From: Kiritimatiellia bacterium | GTDB taxonomy: Bacteria; Verrucomicrobiota; Kiritimatiellia; RFP12; UBA1067 | Assembly: GCA_017962315.1 (NCBI GenBank) | Contig: JAGCVN010000042.1 | Span: forward strand, 16,031-80,030 | DNA length: 64,000 nucleotides | Direction of reading: 5' to 3' | In this document: positions 16,915 to 26,087 of the stretch, in pieces | How the letters are laid out: every line of letters begins with the position of its first letter | How positions within the stretch are numbered: position 1 is the first letter of the stretch | Notes under the pieces: model-generated | Seen by the model: the letters and a program-made list of their open reading frames with translations, nothing else | Databases searched by the model: none | Told to the model about the DNA's origin: nothing | Translations under genes and position numbers: made by a program

Positions 16915-17443
16915 CCAATGATTCCAAATCTAGAATAAGTCGCATTGGCTGACGGCAGACGGCTGGACGGCGCACCACAACATCGACCTCTGGCGCTGGA
17001 TCGCTTCTACGGGATGTGGCCGACGGGCGGAACCTGACGCGATGTACATCTGATCCCACTGACTCTACACGAGCGACCGAAACTTTCTCGTTCAACACTA
17101 TCAGGCGTGGTGATAGTCGTGAATCCCGACCAGCAATGAAACGACCGTCGGCTTTAACACCCCGCCCCTCTTCAGAAATGGCGACTGCCGCCCATTTTCG
17201 GTCAATTTCGGATTGAGTGCGTCCGCGCTCCATCGTTTGAGAAGCCTGTCCGTCGTGTCTCCGTTCACCCCCCCGGCTTGAGAAATCACAAATCCATGCA
17301 GGGGCGGTATCCAAGATAACGTGACGAGATCTCTTCCTGACTGGCAAACCTCCGGTTTCCGCCGGTTCCAACTTTACCCTAACGGACACCATCGCAAACG
17401 CGGCCGCCAGACTGAACAGGAAGTTTCTTCTGCTGGTGTCCAT
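16886..17443 (-). CDS. hypothetical protein with twin-arginine signal (MDTSRRNFLFSLAAAFA); weak coding signal
   Basis: Good Tat motif, but an Arg-rich, low-complexity body and a 29-nt convergent overlap with the previous gene. Confidence 0.25.
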   Translation of the reverse strand: MDTSRRNFLFSLAAAFAMVSVRVKLEPAETGGLPVRKRSRHVILDTAPAWICDFSSRGGERRHDGQASQTMERGRTQSEIDRKWAAVAISEEGRGVKADGRFIAGRDSRLSPRLIVLNEKVSVARVESVGSDVHRVRFRPSATSRRSDPAPEVDVVVRRPAVCRQPMRLILDLESLVNAPVSVGV

Positions 17444-17582
17444 CTCCCCTCCCCTTGTCACATGGAATTCACGGTTGCCACCGGACGATCAGCATCATTC
17501 TGGCATCTTTCACATCGAGGATGATTCCCTCGTCCACAATCGATACGCTATTTTCCCCGCATGAATATTCGCCGACAAGCGG

Positions 17583-19397
17583 TCAGACCGAAGGCCGGCG
17601 GGGATTTTCGTGTTGCGCCACGTCCAGGAACGCGAGGACGTTCTCCGGGGGGATGTCGTTGGGCATCGCGTGCGTCGGGGCGAGAATGTAACCGCCGTCC
17701 TTGGCGAGGATGTCCATAACGCGGTGCATCTCAATCTTCACCTCGTCCGCCGTCTTAAATGGAAGGATGCACTGGGTCGAGATACCTCCGAAGAACGTAA
17801 GTTTGTCGCCGAAGCGTTTCTTGCATTCCACAATGTCATAGACTTCGGGCTGGAAGGTGTTGTAGATATCGAGTCCGAGTTCGACGAGATCGGGAAACAC
17901 CTGCACACAGTCGCCGCACGAATGCTGTGCGATAAACCTGCCGTACTTTTTCACGTGTCCGTACATCTTCTTCAGGCACGGATAGATGAACTTCTTCCAG
18001 ATGGGATATCCCATGATGAGTCCCTTCTGTTGTCCCCAATCGTCCCCAAAGAAGATGCAGTCCACGGGATACTGCACGACGATATCGATCACCTTGCAGT
18101 TGTATTCGACGATTTTCGCCAGAGCCTGCTCGATGAATTCCGGTTCCTCGATGAAGTCCATAAGCGTTTCGGGAATCCCGTGCAGGGACCAGAGCCGTTC
18201 ATAGAGGGAGAATCCGATGATGTACATCGTGAACTTGTCCTTCTGGGCGGCAAGGCGTTCGCATTTTTCGCGGATAAGCTTCTCGTCCGGTTCGGGGAAC
18301 CGGTACCCGTTGTCGAAGTTTGCCTCGGGAAGCGGAAACCCCGTGGCTATGCCGAAGTCACCGTCCTGCGCACCCTTGTCCCAGACCACCCCGAACATGT
18401 CCTTGAACCTGCCGTCGCCGAGATCGGTGAACGACTCGTTACGTTCTTGCGCAAGGTAAGACCCGGAATGGAGGAAGAAATCCTTGTCGCCCGTGAACGC
18501 GACCATATCCCGGAGTTTCTCTTCCGTGAGGTCGAGGAAGTAGGGAATGACGTCCGATTCCTGATGGGCGAGCGTGCGCAGGACAATGTCGCGCTTGGTC
18601 ACGACACTGTCCCCGCACCGGGCTGCGGGGACGGCGTCCCGCCTGTTTTCTCCGGCGGAAACGACCGGCATCTCCCGCGCCGCACCTTTGCTTTGCCCGG
18701 CATCAGGGACGGTTTCTTGTCCAACCGGGGGAACGGCTTCCTGCCTGTCTCCAGAAAGATCGTCCACTTCTTTGATGAGTTCAACGGCTACATCGGAACA
18801 GTGCGCCGCGTCACTCGTGTATCTATCCGCCCCGATTTCCCGGCAGAAGGCTTCCGTAACGGGGGCACCGCCAATCATGATGCGGACTTTGTCACGGATC
18901 CCCGCGGCCTTGAACGCTTCGACGACATCGCGCATCACGGGCATCGTCGTTGTCAGGAGCGCCGAACAGCAGATCACCTTGCACCCATGGTCGCGGGCGG
19001 CTTCGACGAATTTCTCAGGAGGGACATCGGTACCGAGGTCGAGGACTTCCAGCCCCTTGGATTCAAGCATCATCTTGACGAGGTTCTTGCCGACATCGTG
19101 GAGGTCGCCCTGAACGGTGCCGATACAGACTTTCCCGGAAGACTTGACACCGGCTGCGGCCAGGACGGGTTTGAGGATCTCGGCACCCTTGTTCATCGCG
19201 CGCGCCGCGACAAGGACTTCAGGGACGAATGCCTCTCCGTCCTTGAACCGCTTACCGATGACGGCCATACCGGCCATGAGACCTTCGTTGAGGATCTTGA
19301 GCGGATCCATGCCCTCGTCAAGCGCCTGCTGTACAAGCGCCTTGACCTCCTTTGCACGGCCGGCCTGGATTTTCTCCGAGACAAGTGTAAGTTCCAT
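17583..19397 (-). CDS. fused corrinoid-binding (B12 DxHxxG 'GDLHDVGKN') and uroporphyrinogen-decarboxylase-like (MtaA/CmuA-type) methyltransferase
   Basis: 604 aa. The N-terminal ~250 aa resembles MtaC/MetH cobalamin-binding modules; the C-terminal ~340 aa resembles the URO-D/MtaA family. Confidence 0.7.
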   Translation of the reverse strand: MELTLVSEKIQAGRAKEVKALVQQALDEGMDPLKILNEGLMAGMAVIGKRFKDGEAFVPEVLVAARAMNKGAEILKPVLAAAGVKSSGKVCIGTVQGDLHDVGKNLVKMMLESKGLEVLDLGTDVPPEKFVEAARDHGCKVICCSALLTTTMPVMRDVVEAFKAAGIRDKVRIMIGGAPVTEAFCREIGADRYTSDAAHCSDVAVELIKEVDDLSGDRQEAVPPVGQETVPDAGQSKGAAREMPVVSAGENRRDAVPAARCGDSVVTKRDIVLRTLAHQESDVIPYFLDLTEEKLRDMVAFTGDKDFFLHSGSYLAQERNESFTDLGDGRFKDMFGVVWDKGAQDGDFGIATGFPLPEANFDNGYRFPEPDEKLIREKCERLAAQKDKFTMYIIGFSLYERLWSLHGIPETLMDFIEEPEFIEQALAKIVEYNCKVIDIVVQYPVDCIFFGDDWGQQKGLIMGYPIWKKFIYPCLKKMYGHVKKYGRFIAQHSCGDCVQVFPDLVELGLDIYNTFQPEVYDIVECKKRFGDKLTFFGGISTQCILPFKTADEVKIEMHRVMDILAKDGGYILAPTHAMPNDIPPENVLAFLDVAQHENPRRPSV

Positions 19398-19510
19398 TTC
19401 TCCTCCTTAGTCTATCCAAAAGGCGAACACGCAGGTACCCATCCTCGATTCACACGAGACACTTTTTATTCTACCACAAATACAACTGGATGGAAAGGAG
19501 GAATTGGTAT

Positions 19511-19539
19511 TTGTCATCCGGCCTCTTTTGCGCTATACT
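19511..19539 (+). promoter_or_regulatory. sigma70-like promoter TTGTCA-N17-TATACT upstream of the ferredoxin-korAB operon
   Basis: Read directly in the 170-nt divergent intergenic region. Confidence 0.3.
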
Positions 19540-19568
19540 ACACGCCCGTTTGCAAGGAGAAGAACGAT

Positions 19569-19811
19569 ATGGGTAACACGAATAGCGAGGAAGAGGCGTC
19601 GAAACTACCCCGTCCGGTGATTGACGCGGACGAGTGCAAAAGTTGTGGGCGGTGCGTGGATGCTTGCCCGAAGAAATGCCTGAAGCTCGGGACCGTCCTG
19701 AACAACCGGGGCGTATACCCCGTCACTTACCAGGGTGAAGGCTGCATCGGGTGCGCGGTCTGTTTCTACAACTGTCCGGAACCCTACGCCATCAAGGTCC
19801 AGAAAGCCTAG
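19569..19811 (+). CDS. 2x[4Fe-4S] ferredoxin (delta subunit of 2-oxoacid:ferredoxin oxidoreductase)
   Basis: 80 aa with two CxxCxxCxxxCP motifs; RBS AAGGAGAAG. It is the C-terminal part of the spurious 733-aa track ORF. Confidence 0.7.
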   Translation: MGNTNSEEEASKLPRPVIDADECKSCGRCVDACPKKCLKLGTVLNNRGVYPVTYQGEGCIGCAVCFYNCPEPYAIKVQKA

Positions 19812-19828
19812 CCGGGAGAGTTTCAACC

Positions 19829-20887
19829 ATGACCACAAAATTCATCAAAGGAAACGAGGCGGTGATCATCGGCGCGTTGTACGCCGGATGCGACGCCTAC
19901 TTCGGGTATCCGATCACCCCCGCCAGTGAAATCGCCCACGCGGCGGCGAAATGGTTCCCTTCCTGCGGGCGCGAATTCCTGCAGGCGGAGTGCGAGACGG
20001 CCTCGATCAACATGGTCTACGGCGCGGCCTCCGCAGGTGCGCTGGCGATGACCGCGACCAGCGGCCCCGGTTTCAGCCTGATGCAGGAAGGGCTTTCCTA
20101 CATGGCCGGTGCGGGGCTTCCCGCCGTCGTCGTCACCGTGATGCGAGCGGGGCCGGGACTCGGTAACGTCTACCCCGAGCAGGCCGACTACAACCAGGCC
20201 GTCAAAGGCGGCGGCCACGGCAGCTACCAGTGCCTCTGCCTCGCACCCGCGAACGCGCAAGAGATGTGCGACCTCACGATCGAGGCGTTCCGCCTCAGCG
20301 TCAAACACCGCACCCCCGCCGTCGTGCTGGCGGATGGCCTGATCGGGCAGATGATGGAGACCCTGACCCTTCCCGAAAAAATGTGCGAACGCCCAGACAC
20401 CACCTCCTGGTCCGTGCAGGGGACGGCCAAGACACGTCCCAACCTCATCACCTCCATCTACCTCGATGCGCCCACGCAGGAGAAGTTCAACATCGACCTT
20501 CAGCGCAAGTACGCGACGTACACCGAAGATGTCAGGAGCGAATCCTACCTGACGGACGACGCGGAAATCGTCCTGATCGGTTATGGTATCTCCAGCCGTA
20601 TCGCCCGAACCGCCGCCGAACAGCTCCGCAAGGAGGGGATCCGCGCCGGCGTATTCCGCCCGATCACCCTCAACCCCTTCCCGACTGCGACGCTCGCCGC
20701 CGTGCTGGACGGACGCAAGGCGCTCGCGGTCGAATTGAGCGCGGGACAGTTCCGGGACGACGCCTTGATGCACCTCGCGCGCGACGCGAAACAATACCAC
20801 GACATCCCCCTTTGCCACCGGATGGGCGGCGTGGTCGTAACCGTAGACGAGGTGGTCGCAGCCGCAAAGAAAGTGATGGGCCGGTAA
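19829..20887 (+). CDS. 2-oxoacid:ferredoxin oxidoreductase alpha subunit (KorA/PorA/VorB family)
   Basis: MTTKFIKGNEAVIIGALYAGCDAYFGYPITPASEI... is the family N-terminal signature. Confidence 0.85.
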   Translation: MTTKFIKGNEAVIIGALYAGCDAYFGYPITPASEIAHAAAKWFPSCGREFLQAECETASINMVYGAASAGALAMTATSGPGFSLMQEGLSYMAGAGLPAVVVTVMRAGPGLGNVYPEQADYNQAVKGGGHGSYQCLCLAPANAQEMCDLTIEAFRLSVKHRTPAVVLADGLIGQMMETLTLPEKMCERPDTTSWSVQGTAKTRPNLITSIYLDAPTQEKFNIDLQRKYATYTEDVRSESYLTDDAEIVLIGYGISSRIARTAAEQLRKEGIRAGVFRPITLNPFPTATLAAVLDGRKALAVELSAGQFRDDALMHLARDAKQYHDIPLCHRMGGVVVTVDEVVAAAKKVMGR

Positions 20888-20888
20888 G

Positions 20889-22307
20889 ATGAAAGAGATC
20901 AAAACCGTCGGAATGTACGAAACCTTCGACCGGAGCGGCAAACACACCCGCGCCACGCACTACTGCGCGGGATGCGGGCACGGCATCGTGCATAAGCTTG
21001 TGACGGAGGCGATGGTCGAGCTGGGTCTCCAAGACCGCACCGTGATGGTTAACCCAATCGGATGCGGCGTGTTTGGTTATTACTACTGGGACTGTGGAAA
21101 CATCGGCGCCGCCCACGGCCGCGCCGCCGCCGTCGGTAGCGCGGTGAACCGCGTCCGCCCGGATGCCGTCGTGATCTCCTACCAGGGCGACGGAGACCTC
21201 GCGGCGATCGGCATGAACCACACGTTCCAGTCCGCGAACCGCGGCGAACACATGGCCGTCATCTTCATCAACAACGCGATTTACGGGATGACCGGCGGCC
21301 AGATGGCACCGACCACCCTTGTCGGGATGAAGACGAAGACCTCGCCGTTCGGACGCGACCCGTTGACGATGGGGTACCCCATCCACGTCTGCGAGACGCT
21401 GAACCAGCTCCGCGCCCCCGTCTACATCACGCGCGTCAGTGTCGCCGATACCCGCCGCATCATGCAGGCGAAGGCCGCGATCCGCAAGGCGTTGGAAATC
21501 CAGCGCGACGGTAAGGGGTACGCCTTCGTCGAAGTGATCTCCCCCTGCCCCACGAACCTCGGACTTTCCCCTGTGAAGGCGGCGAAGTTCTGCATCGAGC
21601 AGATGGAACAGGAATTCCCCCTCGGCACGCTGCGCGACAACACCGCCGAGGCAACGCCCCGCGCCGCACCCGCGCCGAAACCGACGCCGCAGGAATATTT
21701 CGAGTCAGGCGAAACCGCCCTTCCCCCGGCGACCGTCGATCCCGGCTTCAAGGAACTCCGTCTGAAATTCACCGGATTCGGCGGACAGGGCATCCTCTCC
21801 CTCGGCATCTGCGTCGCGGAGGCCGCGCGCATGGAACGCCGTTTCACAAGCTGGTATCCCAGCTACGGGCCGGAACAGCGTGGCGGCAGCGCCCAGTGTT
21901 CGGTCGTGATTTCGGGGACGCCCATCGGCTGTCCCGCCGTAGACCATCCGGACGTCCTTGTCTGCATGAACCGTCCCTCCTACGAACGGTACATCGGCGA
22001 TGTCGTGCCAGGCGGCCTGGCGATCGTGGACAGTACCGTCCCGCTGGAAGTCAAACCGCCGGAGGGTGTCCGAGTCGTGCAGATGTCGGCGATTGACCTC
22101 GCCATCGAACTTGGTGTCCCGAAAGCGGCGAATACGATGATGCTCGCCGCGTTGATGGAACTCGGTGCGACCGGGTTGAAGCCGGAACACCTCCAGTCTG
22201 CGCTCGACGCCTCCTTCAAGAAGAAGCCCGAACTAGTTGAAAAGAACCGGGCACTTCTTAAGGAAGCCGTCAACTGGCTGAAGGAACACGTTGGCAATCC
22301 CCGCTAG
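20889..22307 (+). CDS. 2-oxoacid:ferredoxin oxidoreductase beta (TPP-binding) subunit fused to gamma subunit
   Basis: TPP motif SYQGDGDLAAIGMNH in the N-terminal half; gamma-type FGGQGILSLG block in the C-terminal ~180 aa; 472 aa. Confidence 0.85.
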   Translation: MKEIKTVGMYETFDRSGKHTRATHYCAGCGHGIVHKLVTEAMVELGLQDRTVMVNPIGCGVFGYYYWDCGNIGAAHGRAAAVGSAVNRVRPDAVVISYQGDGDLAAIGMNHTFQSANRGEHMAVIFINNAIYGMTGGQMAPTTLVGMKTKTSPFGRDPLTMGYPIHVCETLNQLRAPVYITRVSVADTRRIMQAKAAIRKALEIQRDGKGYAFVEVISPCPTNLGLSPVKAAKFCIEQMEQEFPLGTLRDNTAEATPRAAPAPKPTPQEYFESGETALPPATVDPGFKELRLKFTGFGGQGILSLGICVAEAARMERRFTSWYPSYGPEQRGGSAQCSVVISGTPIGCPAVDHPDVLVCMNRPSYERYIGDVVPGGLAIVDSTVPLEVKPPEGVRVVQMSAIDLAIELGVPKAANTMMLAALMELGATGLKPEHLQSALDASFKKKPELVEKNRALLKEAVNWLKEHVGNPR

Positions 22308-22479
22308 GCCACGCTCACCGGGAGGGACGCCCCCCCCGCATCCGTTAGCGAGGTGGGGTGAGCCGTCCCGGCGAGCCGAATGTTTTAGGTTTTTCGAGGA
22401 AAACTGTGGAAATGTTCGTGATCTTTAACCCTCATTATCCATGACTCGACAATCCCGATTCCCTTCTAGCACACGGATT

Positions 22480-22565
22480 TGTTCGCCGTTGACGCGGCTC
22501 ACATCCTCCTCGCGAACGCCGGTAGGCGTGAGCAAATCCGTTTGTTTGCTTTCATCGGATGCGGG
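22480..22565. repeat. partial copy of the repeat family (module C: stem-loop ACGGATTTG...CAAATCCGTTTG, shares 'GGCGT(G/A)AGCAAATCCGTTTGTT' with 58137-58165)
   Basis: Direct comparison with 58085..58170; ~80-nt hairpin-containing segment in a 500-nt non-coding gap. Confidence 0.4.
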
Positions 22566-22805
22566 AACTTCGCGACGGCACGGGAGATTCAGAGTATCTA
22601 CCGAATTGTGCCGGGTGAGAACCGACTGGATCTCCTCTTCGCTTTTGGGATAGACGATTCTTTCGCGTTTCGGGCGCGGCGTCCGGCTTGCCGGCGGGCT
22701 TGCCTCTGTCGGGCGGAAAGGCGGGGGCCTATGCGTCGGACTCCTATTTCCTCTTGTCCGCCCTGCCCTGCGAACGCCGTTAGTCCGCCCCCGTGCGGAT
22801 GCCGT

Positions 22806-23801
22806 TTACACGAACTCGATCGCGTATCCCTGTCCACGATATGTAGCGGAGCAGACGTACTGGACGGCGCCCGGCGAGAACGGCTCCTTCCAGAACGCAT
22901 GGCAGTGTCCGCAAAGGATCGCCTTCAGGAGCGGTTGCGCCTTCAGATATTTAATAAACTCTTTGGTCGATGCGTCGGCGCGTTGCTGGACGCGCCTGTC
23001 TCGCCACTCCTGCCCCTTCGGCCAGGTGCGTCCGCGCCACGTCTTAACCAGTTCGTCAGGGACTCCCGTCTCATAGGAACACACGCCACCCGTCTTCTTC
23101 AGTTCCGCCTCGTAGTGTCGGGGCGTATACAGCGGCACATGGCACATTAGCACAATCGGCAACCCTTTTTCGACTTCCTTCTGGAGAAGTACGAGCTGCG
23201 CTTCCGTGAAGTTGTAATAAACATCGTCCACGGCGATGAAATTCACGCCGTTTACGACACGGGAGGCGAACGTGAGGTCGTTTGGATAATGCGCCGAGAC
23301 ATACGCGAAACTGTCGGCCTTGTAGGCGGCATCCTCGCACGCCTCGCCCACGTATTTCGAGAACTCGTGATTCCCCGACGAAACAAACCAGTCGCCGGAT
23401 CCGAAATACCGCTCCACGAGGTTAAGATTGGCGCCGGAGACGAAGTCGATCATGTCGCCCGTGTGGAGAAGAAGGGCGTTGTCACGCCGCGCCGCCAGTA
23501 CAGCCTCGGCGAGATAATGTTCCCCGTACGCCATAGACGGATACCGGCGGGCGGCAAGCTGTACCTTGCGCGAATCACTCTCCGTTGCATCAGCGCGGAC
23601 GATATGCGTGTCGGAGACATGAACCGCCTTGAAGGGGCGTTCCGCTCCGGCCTCGATTTTAATCCGTTCGAGATAGAGCGGCTTGAAACCGCGTAGTTTT
23701 TTCTCCGGCACTTTTGACGTATCCGCAACCGGGGCCGCGTGAAGCCCGGTTGCCAGCACCATTCCCGCTCCGGCTGCAAGAAATTCTCTTCTATTCATCA
23801 T
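22806..23801 (-). CDS. Tat-secreted calcineurin-like metallophosphoesterase
   Basis: RREFLAAGAGMVLA Tat signal; ...GDMID...GNHE... phosphoesterase motifs. Confidence 0.75.
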   Translation of the reverse strand: MMNRREFLAAGAGMVLATGLHAAPVADTSKVPEKKLRGFKPLYLERIKIEAGAERPFKAVHVSDTHIVRADATESDSRKVQLAARRYPSMAYGEHYLAEAVLAARRDNALLLHTGDMIDFVSGANLNLVERYFGSGDWFVSSGNHEFSKYVGEACEDAAYKADSFAYVSAHYPNDLTFASRVVNGVNFIAVDDVYYNFTEAQLVLLQKEVEKGLPIVLMCHVPLYTPRHYEAELKKTGGVCSYETGVPDELVKTWRGRTWPKGQEWRDRRVQQRADASTKEFIKYLKAQPLLKAILCGHCHAFWKEPFSPGAVQYVCSATYRGQGYAIEFV

Positions 23802-23825
23802 GGTTTTCCTTTCTGTGTCATTTTC

Positions 23826-24359
23826 TCAAAGGGAAGCCGCCGTGTAGACATCGAGACGGACGGCCGGGTGGTTGAGTTCTTGAACGCGTGTACGCCAGTC
23901 GCGCATCGCGTTCGTCATCAGGAACTTGAAACGTGCGTTGTGCGAGGCTTCCAGCAGATGGCAGAGCTCGTGCGCGACGATGTATTCGACCAAGGGAAGC
24001 GCAACATCGGCGAGCATGAGGCTGAACCAGATTTGCCGTGTATGTGGATTACAGGTACCCCAGCGCGTATGCATCCGTTTGACCGCGTACCCCGACGGGT
24101 TAACGCCGAGTTGCACCGACCATGTCGCCAACATTGCCGGCAAGACCGCGTCCAGTTGTTCTTTGTAGAACCGGGCGAGAAACGACTTCCACGCCTCCGG
24201 GGGCGCGGCAGGGGGAAACAAGACGGCTATCCGGTCTGCGCCGACGGCGGCGGATTTCGCCCGGCGCGAAGGGATGTAGTCCACCTCGTACACCTTCCCG
24301 AAAAGCGAAAGGCGCGGATACGGTACGGCTGCGTTGAACTGTCCGGCGGAGGCGTTCAA
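23826..24359 (-). CDS. YgjP/DUF45-type (SprT-like, M48-related) zinc metallohydrolase
   Basis: HELCHL HExxH motif in a ~170-aa protein with conserved W...WG.C block. Confidence 0.65.
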   Translation of the reverse strand: MNASAGQFNAAVPYPRLSLFGKVYEVDYIPSRRAKSAAVGADRIAVLFPPAAPPEAWKSFLARFYKEQLDAVLPAMLATWSVQLGVNPSGYAVKRMHTRWGTCNPHTRQIWFSLMLADVALPLVEYIVAHELCHLLEASHNARFKFLMTNAMRDWRTRVQELNHPAVRLDVYTAASL

Positions 24360-24369
24360 ACAAACCTCG

Positions 24370-25563
24370 TCAACGGGTGGTAAGGTATGCGATTAACTTG
24401 GCGACCGGTTCCCAAAGCAGGAGTACCGCCATCAACGCGAAGAAAAGCCCCAGTAGGATTTTTGCCGTCACCAGGTTGCGTTTGCTCCATTCCAGAAGCT
24501 TCGGGATCTGCAATCCCCGGTGGAAAAGCACGAAGACCACGATCAAAGGGAGGACGAACAACAGGTTATACAACGCCAAAAGCCACCAGGCGCGGAGATT
24601 CGAGGGCGAATCCTTGATGATGAACATCAACGTCGGCACATAGCTTTGCCCCGTGCAGACACTTTCCAGAACGGTGACGCCCGCGCCGACGACGAGCCCC
24701 CCGATGACCGGTCCGCCCCAGCCGAGGCGTTCGTTCATGAATGAGTGGATCCGTTTTTTCACCGAATCGGGAATCTGCAACGAAACGTCACTCGCCCGCT
24801 GCGTCTTGCGGAAGCGGAAGGAATCCCGAAGGGAAAGATAGGCGAGCGGGATCAGACAAAGCCCCAAGATGGCGTTGATGGCAAGTTTCACAACCGGGAA
24901 TCCGGGAAGGCTGCGCAACGTGTAAAAGAATCCCAGCCCCAGCCCCATGTACACCAGGAACGACGCAAAGATGAACGATACGCCCACGAGAAGCCGTGTC
25001 CGTACAGCCGCCTTCGAAATGGCGAGCACGCTGAGAAAGAAAATCAACGTGGAAATGGCACAGGGGTTGAACCCGTCGAGCAACCCCGCCAACGCAACCA
25101 CAGGAACGGTGAAGCCGCTGAGCCGTTTTTCGACCGTTGCACTCCCCCCTGCCCCTTCGACCGCAGGCGGATCCGGCGGTTTCCACCCAGGAACCTGTCG
25201 GGAAGCGAGACAACCGTCCACCACGTCCAGTAACCCCGTCGAAACCGTCTCATATCCGGCGAGAAAACGAGTGTGATCGACCACGATGGAGGCGGCCGCA
25301 TTCTGCGTCACGCCGCATCTGTCCATATACGCCACAAGAAGCGGGATCGTCTCCTCCTTCGTCGTGTCGTGCAAGGTCAGTTCATACTGTCCCTCGAACT
25401 CCTCCTCCAGTTTCGGAAGGACTTCGCGCTTGATCTTCTCGCACTCCCCGCACCCCGGCTCGGTGAAAAGGTCAATCCGCACCTGATCACGGATACCGGC
25501 GGCGAGACAGACCGGAAGAAGGGCGCAGAACCAAAAAAGAAACTCTTTCATGCGTGTTTTCAT
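24370..25563 (-). CDS. membrane thiol:disulfide oxidoreductase: periplasmic thioredoxin-like domain (CGEC) fused to CcdA/DsbD-type transmembrane core
   Basis: Start set at the internal ATG (MKTRMKEF...) because the upstream ORF extension would overlap zur. GLLDGFNPCAISTL is the CcdA motif. Confidence 0.6.
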   Translation of the reverse strand: MKTRMKEFLFWFCALLPVCLAAGIRDQVRIDLFTEPGCGECEKIKREVLPKLEEEFEGQYELTLHDTTKEETIPLLVAYMDRCGVTQNAAASIVVDHTRFLAGYETVSTGLLDVVDGCLASRQVPGWKPPDPPAVEGAGGSATVEKRLSGFTVPVVALAGLLDGFNPCAISTLIFFLSVLAISKAAVRTRLLVGVSFIFASFLVYMGLGLGFFYTLRSLPGFPVVKLAINAILGLCLIPLAYLSLRDSFRFRKTQRASDVSLQIPDSVKKRIHSFMNERLGWGGPVIGGLVVGAGVTVLESVCTGQSYVPTLMFIIKDSPSNLRAWWLLALYNLLFVLPLIVVFVLFHRGLQIPKLLEWSKRNLVTAKILLGLFFALMAVLLLWEPVAKLIAYLTTR

Positions 25564-25638
25564 GTATCCTAGCATACCACGATACCTGTACCGTGTCAAA
25601 AACCTTCTTGACAAACGGAGGGATTGAGGGGTATCTTG

Positions 25639-25659
25639 ATTTGCGAACGGTTCGCAAAT
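25639..25659. promoter_or_regulatory. perfect 21-bp palindrome ATTTGCGAACGGTTCGCAAAT, 11 nt upstream of the zur ATG; candidate Zur operator in the divergent promoter
   Basis: Read directly. Fur-family regulators commonly autoregulate via palindromic boxes (established knowledge). Confidence 0.5.
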
Positions 25660-25670
25660 TGGAGAAACGT

Positions 25671-26087
25671 ATGGAAAAATACGCGACACATCAACGGGAG
25701 ACGCTTCTGGGGTATCTCCGCAAACATGTCGATGAGGCTTTGTCGGCACGGCAGATCGCGGATGAACTGCGCGGCGCGGGAATCAGCCAGAGCGCCGTCT
25801 ACCGAAATCTTGCCGCACTGGAGGCGGAGGGATGCCTCCGCCGCCGCGTAGTCCCGGAAAGTACCGAAATATGCTACCAGTTCGCAGATTCCGATTGTGC
25901 CGGAAAGCTCCACCTCTCCTGCACCAGCTGCGGCAAGACGTTCCATGTGGATGCAGTCGTGACGGAGCAACTCGCCAGTCTTGTCGCACACGACAAGGCG
26001 TTCACGCTCGACCGTTTTGAAACGGTGCTTTACGGAAAATGCCGTTCCTGTTCCAAAGCGCGCGGCAAGGGAAAGGCGGCGAAATGA
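25671..26087 (+). CDS. zur: Fur-family metalloregulator, probably Zur
   Basis: 138 aa. C-terminal CTSCGKTFHVD...GKCRSC Cys pairs. RBS GGAG. Directly followed (ATGA overlap) by znuA. Confidence 0.7.
   Translation: MEKYATHQRETLLGYLRKHVDEALSARQIADELRGAGISQSAVYRNLAALEAEGCLRRRVVPESTEICYQFADSDCAGKLHLSCTSCGKTFHVDAVVTEQLASLVAHDKAFTLDRFETVLYGKCRSCSKARGKGKAAK

Noticed and set aside
25563-25749. N-terminal extension of the CcdA-like membrane gene back to GTG at 25749
   Set aside because: It would overlap the zur coding region and Zur box on the opposite strand. The internal ATG gives a normal signal/TM start.
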